A DNA stretch of 64,000 nucleotides from an uncultured Bdellovibrionales bacterium. GTDB lineage: Bacteria > Bdellovibrionota_C > UBA2361 > CAIXSY01. The stretch lies in contig CAZEAC010000006.1 of NCBI GenBank assembly GCA_964510065.1, forward strand, positions 6,748-70,747. Reading direction: 5' to 3'. Positions 30,007 to 40,089 of the stretch are shown here, in pieces (within the stretch, counting starts at the first letter, position 1; every line of letters starts with the position of its first letter). The position numbers and the translations under genes were made by a program. The notes beneath the pieces were generated by a model that had not been told where the DNA came from, did not search any database, and saw only the letters and a program-made list of their open reading frames with translations.

Positions 30007-31596
30007 CTAGAATGCTCGTTCAGATAACATCTGCGCCTCATCGATAAGTGCACTGACACTTTTATCATGCTCGATTCGCTGCGCAAGCTCCGTACGAAGC
30101 GAGGAAACTCGCGGCTCGAATGATGCCAACATCAAGCGAACTGAATGGTCAAGACAACCACGAATATTTTCGTCTAGCGACGCCGCAAAACCTCGGCCAA
30201 GCGAAATTATGTTTCCCTTTATCGCACGCTGGACTTTGAGCCGCTCACGCGGAAACGCGCGCACGCTTAGGACCGCCAGGATCGCCATCAAAACAACGCC
30301 GGTCACTTCAATTGACGCGGCGACTGCAAGCTTCGCTCCGATCCCCGTGGCTGCAGCAGCAGACCCATACGCAAAAAAACGGGTCATGCCCTTTTCAGCG
30401 GCCTTCTGTAGCTGCTCGGAGATCTCCTGAATGTTAATTAACCCCGGATTCACCTCAAGAAGCTTGACCGATTCGCTAAGTGCCGACGCACCATGCCCCT
30501 CCAAATATTCGCGCGTGTCTTCAAAGACAATTTTTCGATAGGTGTCGACTTTCTCCGCGGCATCGCCGACTATCGCGGTCAACTTCCTGGAGATGTCCTG
30601 ATCATGAACGATCCCGGCCACAAGATGACTCAGTCTTTGCGTCTTGCCGGTAATGCGAGCTTGCAGCATCTTAAGAAAACCGATCTTTTCTTCGATTTCA
30701 TACTCAAGAGTCTCAGCAAGTTCAGCGAAGCACCGCTGCGCCCTCTCGCTAAACGCCTCGAAAAGCAGCCCGGCCTCTTCGACCCTACGTTTTGCGCGCT
30801 CGCGCACGGCTTCAAAAACCGAAAGTTCTTCCCGTAGCCGATCTATTTCTCCAGTGTTTGCCTCGCGAAGCGCATTAAGATGCACGAGGAGGGTGAAAAG
30901 CGGTGCCTGAAATTTGAGCTTCTGCCGCTCTCTCTCGCCGAGGCCTTCGTTCAGATACCCTATTAGTTGGTCGATGCCACTCCTATCGCGGGTCGAGACA
31001 GTAAAAAGCTGCGGAACTTCGCTCAAAATATTTGCACAGCCGTTTTTCACAAATTGCTGCACCTGTGCCAGATCCGCGGCCGACAAAAGTTCAGCTTTGT
31101 TTAAAACCACGATTAATTTTCTACGCCATGTTTCACGCACCCAACCCAAGAACTGCGTTTCCGAATGGGTCAGCGGTCGCTCTACTGAAGTCACAAAAAG
31201 TATAAAATCAGAGCGCTCGACAAAACGCTCGGTAAGCGCTTGATGATCTGCAATGACCGAGTTTAATCCGGGGCTGTCTACTATCTGGATTGAACGAATA
31301 GCTGGTGAAGTATAGGGCGTAATCGAAGTCGTGGTGGGCAATACCCCAACCGAAGCAACCTCCTGTCCAACGAGAACATTAATTAAAGAGGACTTTCCGG
31401 AGTTAAACTCCCCGCATACAAAAATCGAGAACGGCTGAGTCGCCTGTTCATAAAGCGCATCAATATCAACCGCGGGGCGCCCCGAATCGGGTACCTTCGC
31501 GAGCGCGACACTTGTCCGTTCAAGGAACTTTCGCAGCTCATCAAACTGCGAAGTGACCGAGGCAGTAACCAAGGTGGCTAATTGGGATAGCGCCAC
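30007..31596 (-). CDS. Bacterial dynamin-like GTPase
   Basis: G1 P-loop GEFNSGKSSLIN, G3 DSPGLNS and G4-like VLNKAE, followed by long coiled-coil segments and a C-terminal hydrophobic hairpin. Confidence 0.65.
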   Translation of the reverse strand: MALSQLATLVTASVTSQFDELRKFLERTSVALAKVPDSGRPAVDIDALYEQATQPFSIFVCGEFNSGKSSLINVLVGQEVASVGVLPTTTSITPYTSPAIRSIQIVDSPGLNSVIADHQALTERFVERSDFILFVTSVERPLTHSETQFLGWVRETWRRKLIVVLNKAELLSAADLAQVQQFVKNGCANILSEVPQLFTVSTRDRSGIDQLIGYLNEGLGERERQKLKFQAPLFTLLVHLNALREANTGEIDRLREELSVFEAVRERAKRRVEEAGLLFEAFSERAQRCFAELAETLEYEIEEKIGFLKMLQARITGKTQRLSHLVAGIVHDQDISRKLTAIVGDAAEKVDTYRKIVFEDTREYLEGHGASALSESVKLLEVNPGLINIQEISEQLQKAAEKGMTRFFAYGSAAAATGIGAKLAVAASIEVTGVVLMAILAVLSVRAFPRERLKVQRAIKGNIISLGRGFAASLDENIRGCLDHSVRLMLASFEPRVSSLRTELAQRIEHDKSVSALIDEAQMLSERAF

Positions 31597-31605
31597 ACTA
31601 CCTCG

Positions 31606-31977
31606 TTACTGCACATGTCCGTTATGTTCAGTACTACTCTGTTCAGAGCTACCGTGCGCAGTGTTGCCTTGCTCAGTGGGCGCCGTTCGGGACTCAGCAA
31701 ACGATCGCGGTTGAGTGGCAGGTTGAGTGGCGGCTGGCGCGAGATACCAGACTAGATAACCGACAAGGACGCCAATAACGATCAGACCTACAAAAAGCTT
31801 GAAGGCAAGAGTAATTAACAATCCAAGGACAAACCCAAGAATCGCTGCTTTCTCGCCATGCTCCTGAACCCAGATCCGAAGCTCGGTCAGTCCCTCGCGA
31901 CAAAGCGCGGCCCACTGGTCGCGATTACGAGAGCGAATCCTAGCCACGATATTTCTTGAGATTTCCTGAATATTCAT
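31606..31977 (-). CDS. Small membrane protein with a low-complexity C-terminus
   Basis: One long hydrophobic segment. It lies 10 bp upstream of the dynamin-like gene. Confidence 0.4.
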   Translation of the reverse strand: MNIQEISRNIVARIRSRNRDQWAALCREGLTELRIWVQEHGEKAAILGFVLGLLITLAFKLFVGLIVIGVLVGYLVWYLAPAATQPATQPRSFAESRTAPTEQGNTAHGSSEQSSTEHNGHVQ

Positions 31978-32150
31978 ACTTTGTTTTCTTGCTTATAAGC
32001 CGAGGAATCAATCACCATGCTAGCTGATTCGCACCCAATATTTCAACCATTACCTTGGACAGACCGGGCTAATTTCCACTAGCAAATCTGCACGCTTGCG
32101 CATCTCTTATAGCCAAACTAAATTACAGTAAGACTTTAGGAGAACATTTT

Positions 32151-32519
32151 ATGCGATTGCTTAACCCCTATCTTTTCCTTTCATTCTGTCTTGTGGCTGG
32201 ATCCTTCGGCACTTCTTCGGCAGTCGCGGCCAATACGGAGCGGGGCAAGCAGCTATTCGCGGAACGTTGCGTTACCTGTCACGGCGCTCAGGGCGCCGGA
32301 GATGGCCCAGTCGCGCTCTCACTTCCGCCGGAGATGAAGCCGCGAAATCTACAAACCGAAGCAAATAAATTTGCGATCGACGACGCCAAATTCAAAGAGC
32401 TTCTCAAAAAAGGCGGCTCTGGTGTTGGCCTCAATCCCTTAATGCCTCCCCAGGCAGATCTAAGTGATGCCGATATCGACAGTGTCATTGCGTTCGTGCA
32501 TACCTTGAAGAAAAAATAG
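32151..32519 (+). CDS. Class I c-type cytochrome
   Basis: Signal peptide plus the CVTCHG heme-binding motif and a distal Met ligand region. Confidence 0.7.
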   Translation: MRLLNPYLFLSFCLVAGSFGTSSAVAANTERGKQLFAERCVTCHGAQGAGDGPVALSLPPEMKPRNLQTEANKFAIDDAKFKELLKKGGSGVGLNPLMPPQADLSDADIDSVIAFVHTLKKK

Positions 32520-32522
32520 CCC

Positions 32523-33296
32523 CTACCAATATCTCTCGAGGTGCATATTTCCCGGGTTCTTTTTTGAGTGCTCAGTATATCCGCGCTCAAGAAGCAGCTT
32601 TTCCATGTCGTTAATCATTGCCGGGTTTCCGCAGAGAAAGACATGATCAGCCTTTGGATCGAGTACGATCGTGCCGTCCTCGAAGAGTTTTTGCACATGG
32701 CCCTTGCGGCCGCCCCACTCCGGACCGGATCTGCTCACTACTGAAAAATAGGAGAGCCCCTTCCCCTGCCGCTCCAAATCTTCTAGCTCCTCGCGGTAAC
32801 AGAGGTCACGGTCAAAACGCACTCCATGAATAATGGAGATCTTGCGACCTTCGGTCCAGGTAGAACCAGTGCGAATCATCGACATAAAAGGCGCAATTCC
32901 GGTACCCGTTGAAACCAACACAAGATTTGCCGGTGCTGGGACACTTTCGATAGTAAATGTGCCGGTGATCTTCGGCGCCAAAAAAATCCGATCGCCCGGA
33001 TTCAAAAGTACCAGCCGCGAGGTGAGCCCGCCGTCAGGGACAATCGCCACATAGAACTCAAGTGCCTCACGATCCTCAGGCGATGAGCCAATTGAATAGG
33101 CTCGCTTAATCAGTTTATCCGAAGGATATTCCTCCTTGTCTGGCGGGAAATGCGGCGGTCGGGGGCTCGAACCGGTAAGTCCAAGCGCAACATACTGGCC
33201 AGGAAGAAAATCCTTAAAAGCTACATCGGGCTTAATAAAGAGTCTCACTAACTCGGGCGTTACATCGATTCTTTGAACAACAGTTGCATTCAACAT
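32523..33296 (-). CDS. fpr: Ferredoxin-NADP+ reductase (FNR/Fpr family)
   Basis: RAYSIGSSP (the RxYS FAD-binding motif) and GTGIAPFMSM (NADP-binding). Confidence 0.75.
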   Translation of the reverse strand: MLNATVVQRIDVTPELVRLFIKPDVAFKDFLPGQYVALGLTGSSPRPPHFPPDKEEYPSDKLIKRAYSIGSSPEDREALEFYVAIVPDGGLTSRLVLLNPGDRIFLAPKITGTFTIESVPAPANLVLVSTGTGIAPFMSMIRTGSTWTEGRKISIIHGVRFDRDLCYREELEDLERQGKGLSYFSVVSRSGPEWGGRKGHVQKLFEDGTIVLDPKADHVFLCGNPAMINDMEKLLLERGYTEHSKKNPGNMHLERYW

Positions 33297-33340
33297 AGGG
33301 AGATAATAAGAGAATAGTTTTTTAAAAGAAAGAGAGCGCA

Positions 33341-33799
33341 GTGGACATTGTTTTAGTTAACCCCGAGATACCTCAAAATACGGGCTCAATTGCCCGCACC
33401 TGCGCGGCCACAAAGACTCCGCTGCACCTCGTAGGAAAGCTTGGGTTCGAGATTTCTGAAAAGGCTGTTCGTCGTGCCGGGCTAGATTATTGGCCGCATG
33501 TAATTCTCTTCCAGCACAAAAGCTGGGACGAGTATCTCGCCGCATATAATCCTCCAAAGGTATGGTGCTTTACTAAGTTTGCCGCGCGGAGTTACTGCAG
33601 TGCTACATTTGGACCTCATGACGCACTCGTATTCGGCAGCGAAACTAAAGGGCTGGGCCGTGAGTTCCTCGAAAAGATTCCCGAGGATCAGTGGCTTCGC
33701 ATACCAATGGATAATCCGGAGGTTCGAAGTCTCAATTTGAGCAACGCGGTATCAATTGCGCTCTACGAGGCGCGGCGGCAGCTGCAACTTGGTCTTTAG
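33341..33799 (+). CDS. trmL: tRNA (cytidine/uridine-2'-O)-methyltransferase TrmL (SpoU/TrmH family)
   Basis: MDIVLVNPEIPQNTGSIARTCAATKTPLHLV with a size of about 150 aa. Confidence 0.75.
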   Translation: MDIVLVNPEIPQNTGSIARTCAATKTPLHLVGKLGFEISEKAVRRAGLDYWPHVILFQHKSWDEYLAAYNPPKVWCFTKFAARSYCSATFGPHDALVFGSETKGLGREFLEKIPEDQWLRIPMDNPEVRSLNLSNAVSIALYEARRQLQLGL

Positions 33800-34369
33800 C
33801 GCACGAAGCGCCGCGACACGGTGCGTTACCACACCATCGCCGCATTGTTTAAGCTCGGCCAGTGTCTTGCCGTGAAAGCCATCGACGATAAAAACCGAGT
33901 CATAACCAAAGCCCCCGCGGCCAGTCTGCTCACTCGCAATCCGACCACACAGCTCGCCCTCCGCGACAAGGCAATCAACGTCACGGCTTTTGTACACGAG
34001 CGTGCATACAAAACGGGCGCGACGATCCTCCGCTCCGCGAAGCGCCTCCAGAAGTTTTGCAATATTCTTTGCAGGGTCGTTTTCGGGCCCAGCGTAACGC
34101 GCGGAATGTAGTCCGGGAGCACCATGCAGCGCCATGACTTCAAGACCGGTATCGTCAGAAAAAGTTGCCATCCCTCCGCTCCACGCAAAGAGCGCCTCTA
34201 CTTTTTTACGGGCATTCTCAAAATATGTCGTCCCATCCTCAATGACTTCTGGTGCAACGCTGCCGACACGTTCCACAAGTTCCGACGGCGAACAAATAAT
34301 TTTGCCCCACTCTTTGCGCGCCTCTTCTAGCTTGCCTCTATTGCTTGATCCGAAAAGAATCTTTTCCAT
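33752..34369 (-). CDS. rdgB: Non-canonical purine NTP pyrophosphatase (RdgB/Ham1)
   Basis: ILFGSSNRGKLEEARKE and FGYDSVFIVDGFHGKTLAEL. Confidence 0.8.
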   Translation of the reverse strand: MEKILFGSSNRGKLEEARKEWGKIICSPSELVERVGSVAPEVIEDGTTYFENARKKVEALFAWSGGMATFSDDTGLEVMALHGAPGLHSARYAGPENDPAKNIAKLLEALRGAEDRRARFVCTLVYKSRDVDCLVAEGELCGRIASEQTGRGGFGYDSVFIVDGFHGKTLAELKQCGDGVVTHRVAALRALKTKLQLPPRLVERN

Positions 34370-34461
34370 TTCTATCGCGTTGTCCGCGCCCGGTATCGCC
34401 CCAAAAACACGCCGTCCTACCCTCTTTTCTCAGCGATGGCTTTTGACATAGTATACTAGAA

Positions 34462-34920
34462 ATGGATTTATTAGAACCTTTCCGCGACCCAATAAATTTC
34501 AATCTGATTGTTGCTGCATTGCTCGGCTCCGTTTTAGGACTTGAACGCGAATTGGCGCGAAAGGATCCAAGCCTGCGTACCTTCATGTTGATCTGTCTTG
34601 GAAGCTGTACCTTTGCAATCATATCAATTCATAGCGCCGAGGGGGTCCCAAATGCCGAGCCGAGTCGAATCGCCGCGCAAATAGTCGTTGGCATCGGATT
34701 TATCGGTGCCGGATCAATATTTCGTTCCCGCGATAGAATTGTTGGACTCACCACCGCGGCGTTGATGTGGGTTGCCGCCGGCATTGGCATGGCGGTGGGT
34801 TTTGATAGGCTTGATGTCGCTTTCGCGGCTACCATCATCTGTTTGAGCTTCATGGTGGTGCTTAACTTCGTGCATCGCATCATCGCCAAACTCAATAAAG
34901 CACAGAACGCCGAACCTTAG
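34462..34920 (+). CDS. mgtC: MgtC/SapB-family membrane protein
   Basis: AALLGSVLGLERELARKDPSLRTFMLICLGSCTFAI is typical of the MgtC N-domain. Confidence 0.7.
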   Translation: MDLLEPFRDPINFNLIVAALLGSVLGLERELARKDPSLRTFMLICLGSCTFAIISIHSAEGVPNAEPSRIAAQIVVGIGFIGAGSIFRSRDRIVGLTTAALMWVAAGIGMAVGFDRLDVAFAATIICLSFMVVLNFVHRIIAKLNKAQNAEP

Positions 34921-34986
34921 CGAGCTCGCTCCTGCTCCCAAGTTCACTCTTGAGCCCTGTTTTGGAATTGCCTAGATTGGGGGCAT

Positions 34987-35964
34987 ATGAATAAAGTACG
35001 CAAATCCCTCGCGCTCGCGCTTACAGCAATCGTCACCTGTTTTCCGTGCGTTATACATGCTGCGCCAGCAGCGAGTAGCCTGGTTGGTCTCGACACTAAC
35101 GGCGATCTCTTTCAAATTGACACCAAGACTGGGGTACTCACCGCGATTGCTAGTGAGCCGCTACACTCCTTTACCCTGGGTGGTTTTGCTCGACTTAAAG
35201 ATCAGATTTATTATGTGGGAGCACCGAGTGGCGCAAGCGAAAATGCGCTTTACAGCTACAATCTGAAAACCTCTGTATTGAGCCATATCGACCTTGATCG
35301 GAGCGATGACGTGCGTGCGCTCTTTTTAAATGGCAAGAAGCTTTATGGTATATTTTATGATGGCAACCTTGGAAGCGTTGGTGTGTATCAAATTAATCCA
35401 CTCACGGGCGCGACGACACTCGTCGTGGATCTCGCTTCTTTTAACGCCGAGCCGATTGGCGGAGGACTTGCACGCCTCGACAAGCAATTTTATTTGCTCA
35501 TGAAACCCAACGCCGATAGTACCTCGAGGCTCCTCGTGAAATTTAAGTTGAAAGCAAACTCAGCATTATCAATGGTAGTAGCTAACAAAGAGGGTGCAGC
35601 TGTACTTTGCGATCGCCTGCAGCCTAATACCGCGAAAAATAGCTTTGTCTGTTTGGCGTCGCCCAGTACGACCCAGGTCGATGTTTGCAAGTTGACCGCT
35701 GGCGCTAAAGCTACCTGCTCCGCAACCTTGAGTGGTATTGAGCGAATTGCCGGTGGCGCAACATTTAACACCGCCGACGAAAAAGCGTATTACGCGTTTG
35801 TCTATGCGCTTGGCGAAAGCAATAACCAAAGACTACTTAAGATTACTCCGCGCGGTAGCATTAAGCTCAATTTGACGACTGATAGGCTTATTATCGGCGC
35901 ACGATTTAGTGGCGTCAGTACTGTTGGCTTGAGTGTTAGTAGCGAAAGTGCAGAGAAAAAGTAA
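34987..35964 (+). CDS. Secreted hypothetical protein
   Basis: N-terminal signal peptide. No recognised domain. Confidence 0.45.
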   Translation: MNKVRKSLALALTAIVTCFPCVIHAAPAASSLVGLDTNGDLFQIDTKTGVLTAIASEPLHSFTLGGFARLKDQIYYVGAPSGASENALYSYNLKTSVLSHIDLDRSDDVRALFLNGKKLYGIFYDGNLGSVGVYQINPLTGATTLVVDLASFNAEPIGGGLARLDKQFYLLMKPNADSTSRLLVKFKLKANSALSMVVANKEGAAVLCDRLQPNTAKNSFVCLASPSTTQVDVCKLTAGAKATCSATLSGIERIAGGATFNTADEKAYYAFVYALGESNNQRLLKITPRGSIKLNLTTDRLIIGARFSGVSTVGLSVSSESAEKK

Positions 35965-35978
35965 CCGAGTTCGGGCAA

Positions 35979-37355
35979 TTGATGAAGACTCCCTCGCCCA
36001 CGCTACTTACGCGAATAATAATTGCTTCACAATTTGCGCCGCCCTTCATGTTCTCCGCGGTCGGAGTCACGCTTCCCGCGATTGGAAATGAACTCAGTGC
36101 CGGCGCAGTCAGCTTGGGGCTTGTTGAGAATCTGTTTCTGGTTGCTCAGCTAAGCTTTTTGCTTCCCGTCGGACGGCTTGCCGACGACTGCGACAAACGC
36201 TCCATGTATAAGTGGGGACTTCTGGGCTTCGCACTCTCTTCGCTCCTTATCTCGGTGTGCACTTCAATTACGCTCGTCTTGATGCTTCGATTCATTCAAG
36301 GAGTCTGCTCGGCAACCCTTACAGGCTCCGGACCTGCACTGCTTGTCGAATTCACTCCTCCAGAAAGACGTGCGGATCTATTCAGTAAAATGGTCGCGTC
36401 AATTTATGCCGGGTTAATGCTCGGCCCAATCTGTGCGGGATATCTCATGCACCTATACGGCTGGCGCGGAGTCTTTTTTGTGGGCGGCTGCGTCGTGCTG
36501 CTGGCCTTCATGTTAATTCACTGGAAACTCCCCTGCAGCTGGTATGGAAACATTCGTGCAATCGACAAACGCAGCACCATGTTACTGCTGGGGGGCACGA
36601 TCAGCCTGCTTTTCGCAACTGCAATGCTAGGATTCGGAGCGGAGGCATATCTATGTCTTATCGCTGCGGCTTTTTTTATCTGGCAATTCGTTGAAATTCA
36701 GCCGACACTCAGCAAACCAATCCTCGACCTTGCATTACTTCGAAGTAACCACACCCTTCGTCGCGCACTTGGAAGCCAGCTGCTACTGTACACTAACGCA
36801 TTCTGTTCTACGTTTCTTATCACAATCTACCTTCAAATCTGTCTGCATCAGACGCCGAAAACCTCCGGCGAAGTGATCTCGCTCGGCACTCTTGTGATGG
36901 CGCTCGCGCCGCTTTTTGTGGGGCGGCTTACGAGGCGCTTTGCACCGGCGCACATCGCGAGCATCGGTATTGCCTTGGTGCTCATTCCAACCATGGTGGC
37001 ACTCATGCTCAATTCGCAATCTAGTCTGTGGCTTGTCGCGGCAATCATTTCCTCACAGGGGCTGGGATTTGCTCTCTTTGCTCCAACCAACATGACGACA
37101 ATAATGAACTCGGTGGCGTCAAATAGCGGTGGATCGATCTCAGCGCTGGCCGCGCTTACCCGCTCGTTAGGCATGGTTTCTGGTATGTTCATTTGCACTG
37201 CGCTCTTGTCGCTTTACCTTGGAAACCAGCTTATCGAGAGTAATCCTGCCGCTTTCCTAGAGGTGCTTTCGGGGACTTTCCTGATACTTACCCTCGTAAC
37301 GACACTTGCACTGATCATCTCGCTGCCAGCAAAAAACTCGACGAAAGCCACATAA
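35979..37355 (+). CDS. MFS transporter
   Basis: About 12 predicted TM segments with MFS-like G(R/K)L(A/T)D motifs (PVGRLADD, VGRLTRR). Confidence 0.7.
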   Translation: MMKTPSPTLLTRIIIASQFAPPFMFSAVGVTLPAIGNELSAGAVSLGLVENLFLVAQLSFLLPVGRLADDCDKRSMYKWGLLGFALSSLLISVCTSITLVLMLRFIQGVCSATLTGSGPALLVEFTPPERRADLFSKMVASIYAGLMLGPICAGYLMHLYGWRGVFFVGGCVVLLAFMLIHWKLPCSWYGNIRAIDKRSTMLLLGGTISLLFATAMLGFGAEAYLCLIAAAFFIWQFVEIQPTLSKPILDLALLRSNHTLRRALGSQLLLYTNAFCSTFLITIYLQICLHQTPKTSGEVISLGTLVMALAPLFVGRLTRRFAPAHIASIGIALVLIPTMVALMLNSQSSLWLVAAIISSQGLGFALFAPTNMTTIMNSVASNSGGSISALAALTRSLGMVSGMFICTALLSLYLGNQLIESNPAAFLEVLSGTFLILTLVTTLALIISLPAKNSTKAT

Positions 37356-37407
37356 GAATTTGCCAATTCAGCACAGTCTGATAAACTGACCGAGTTGTAA
37401 GGTAGTA

Positions 37408-38421
37408 ATGCAAGCCACTCTCGATAATCTTTCATTTTATCCAATTAAAGGAGCATCAGGTTCCGACCTAAGCCGGGCCTATCTGACTCCGCGTGGGCTC
37501 GCCGTAGAGACTCAATACAATGATTACGGACTTGTACATGATCGTTCGTGGGCTATTTGGAACCAAGATCGTGGGTATATTCGAACAATGGATCGCGAAC
37601 TTCGCGATATTGTAACGCAACGCGAGCTTCGTACACTTGCACTTTTAGAAGTTATATTCTTTCGCGGACGAATTCTCTTGCAAATGCGTGATAACTGCGT
37701 CGACCCCTTGGAGCTTAAGGGTGACACACTCATGAAAACAACCGCTGTGAAGACGTTATTATGGGGCGCGCCCTGTCCAGCGCTCGCTTTCGGCGACGAA
37801 GTCTCAGCCTGGCTGAGCCGCGCGCTTCTCGGTGTTGGCAGCTTCTCAGCGCTTCGCCTTATTAAGTTCGACGAATCACTACATCGGCCTAAGACCTCTA
37901 GTTTCGCCACTGCAAAGGGTGAAGCTCCGCGCTTTGCGGATGGATTTCCCTATCACACCATTTCGACTCAGGCTCTTTCCGAGCTTAACCGGCGAATTGC
38001 CGATCGGCTCGGGAAAGCGTTACCGAAGAAAGTACAGGTACTTGCCTCGGCGTTTCGTGCAAATTTACGCCTGTCATTCCCCGAGGGAGTTTCCGATGAC
38101 GACGTTAGCAAGCTCACGTCCACGTCCGAAAGTTCCTTTGCGCTAAGTTTTGAGAAACCCTGCGAGCGCTGCACCGTCACTCTAATTGAGCAAGACTCGG
38201 GTAAGCCCGTCGGCGAAGGCGAACCGTTAAAGACTTTGGGCACATATCGAAAGGGCGCGCTCTTAAATAAAGAGGGCCGCTTTGAAGAGAAGATATTTTT
38301 CGGCTGGAACGCAGAGCTTCACCACAATATTGAAGAGAATGCGCAAATTCCTGTTGCTGTAGGCCAGAAATTTGAGGTCAAGCGTCGCCAAGAGCCCGAT
38401 CCGCGTTGGAAGCTCCGTTAA
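37408..38421 (+). CDS. MOSC domain protein (YcbX-like, N-terminal beta-barrel + MOSC)
   Basis: N-terminal LSFYPIKGASGSDLSRAYLTPRGL...DRSWAI and a C-terminal conserved Cys region (CERCTVTLIEQ). Confidence 0.6.
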   Translation: MQATLDNLSFYPIKGASGSDLSRAYLTPRGLAVETQYNDYGLVHDRSWAIWNQDRGYIRTMDRELRDIVTQRELRTLALLEVIFFRGRILLQMRDNCVDPLELKGDTLMKTTAVKTLLWGAPCPALAFGDEVSAWLSRALLGVGSFSALRLIKFDESLHRPKTSSFATAKGEAPRFADGFPYHTISTQALSELNRRIADRLGKALPKKVQVLASAFRANLRLSFPEGVSDDDVSKLTSTSESSFALSFEKPCERCTVTLIEQDSGKPVGEGEPLKTLGTYRKGALLNKEGRFEEKIFFGWNAELHHNIEENAQIPVAVGQKFEVKRRQEPDPRWKLR

Positions 38422-38799
38422 GGCCAGCGCGGCTTACCCCACATAGTATTGTAGTGCTCGTTTATCCGTTTCTCTCCTGAGCGATGCCCCAGAAAACCAC
38501 TCCCGGAATCGGCAAACCCTCTCCCACGGAGGACATCAATCTGATTGCCACGAATGTTATTAGAAGGCGAAATAAGCAACCGGAGGAAACCGACCCCCAG
38601 CATACCAAGAACAGTTAAAAGGCCCAAACAGAGTAAGTAACCATTCGTGCTCATATCTTCTATTAACCACTAAACGACTCCAAACCATATGGAGTTCACA
38701 TTCCCAGTATCGCTGATAATTATCACAGAATTATCACAAGAGCATAAACGTACGCTAAAATAAAACTAGTGCTCTGTATTTAAGATCTTCTGACTTTTC

Positions 38800-38912
38800 C
38801 TCCCTCGATGCTCTCTGTGACTCTGTGGTCTATTTTACTTCCAAAAAAACCACAGAGTCACGGAGGGCACAGAGGGGAGAAGAGTCGGAAAACTTATGTT
38901 ACAGAGTACTAG
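38800..38912. repeat. Dispersed palindromic repeat family A, copy 2
   Basis: Shares aaaaaaaccacagagtcacggagggcacagagggga...gttacagagtacta with copies 1 and 3. Confidence 0.8.
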
Positions 38913-38965
38913 TGTCGTGACCACTTAATTTTCTCGCGGCAGGTACAAAGCTCTCGCCATTTCTT

Positions 38966-39805
38966 GTGATTATTACAAATATTCTGCTACTGTTCCGATT
39001 CGGTATGACGTTTCACTCTCCAGCACCCGATCCCGAGCGGCGCCCTTCGAAAAAGCCAGATTATCGTCGGCTTTTCATTCCAGATCCAGCCCCGTTGGCT
39101 CCTGATGATTGCGTGAGCATTGCCACGCCGGTCACTCTTTTAGAAAACGAAGGCCGAATGGAATTTTTCTCGGCCTTTAACAACGACATTGCGCTACGAA
39201 GTCTTACCCGCGGCGGCTGGCTGTCACATCAGCAAGTCGAGTTTGTTCCCTACGAGCGCGGCGAAGAAGAAGAGCTTACGCTCATAGCCCACAACATCTG
39301 GAGTGCAATTGGAGGAACCGTCAACCAGAAGGTCGTAGACTTCCACAGCTTTGAGAACAAGCCCGGGCTACTTTGCCGCGACATGGTTCCGTTTAGCGAA
39401 ACACCCTACGGCGGGATCTTCGAGATTGGCGTACAAATGAAAAATCCCTGTTCCGAACCAGGCTCATTCTCAACGGAGGAGGTTTTTTTCTCCTTTAATA
39501 AAGAAGGAATTCTCACTCAGGTACATGCTTTTGGCACGGTAGACGCCGAAAACACTCATGATCTTCCTGAAGAGATTCTTGAAATCTTGCGTAGCCCCAC
39601 GAGCAACAATTGCAATATGCTGGGACACATTTTTAGCCCGAATTCGGAAGAAGCTAAGGAGCTAGTTGTCGAATTCCTTGGCGATAACTTTCTTGAAAGA
39701 CGGCTCGATATTGATCTTAGCGCGCGAGTAATCCGTAACGTAATCGTGTCCGGTAAATATCTTCCGATACCAACGATGTTACGAACACTGGCTCTACATA
39801 CGTAG
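38966..39805 (+). CDS. Hypothetical protein
   Basis: 279-aa ORF. No recognised motif. Confidence 0.4.
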   Translation: MIITNILLLFRFGMTFHSPAPDPERRPSKKPDYRRLFIPDPAPLAPDDCVSIATPVTLLENEGRMEFFSAFNNDIALRSLTRGGWLSHQQVEFVPYERGEEEELTLIAHNIWSAIGGTVNQKVVDFHSFENKPGLLCRDMVPFSETPYGGIFEIGVQMKNPCSEPGSFSTEEVFFSFNKEGILTQVHAFGTVDAENTHDLPEEILEILRSPTSNNCNMLGHIFSPNSEEAKELVVEFLGDNFLERRLDIDLSARVIRNVIVSGKYLPIPTMLRTLALHT

Positions 39806-40089
39806 TGCACTTGGCGCAGTTCCTCACGGAGTGGCTCAGCCACACCGCCGCGGTTCGCGCCGATCAGCTTTCGGTCCTTCTAAATCGATGAACGCCATCA
39901 CTCGAGGCATTTGCTCAATATTCGTAACTCCCTGAGAGATGTACTCCCTGCAAAGCGAGGTCAAAAGATCTGCACGCCTTGATCTTTCCCTGCTCTCAGC
40001 GAAAGCCTTAAACTTTTTGCTTTCTCGCGATAACACCATACTACCCATACTGCTTCTCACATTATTGGCACAAATCGCCACAACTCAGA

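Noticed and set aside
33752-33799. 48-bp convergent overlap of trmL and rdgB as evidence of a frameshift or misannotation
   Set aside because: Both proteins align to their families through their C-termini as far as can be judged. Convergent 3' overlaps occur naturally. There is no evidence of a disruption.
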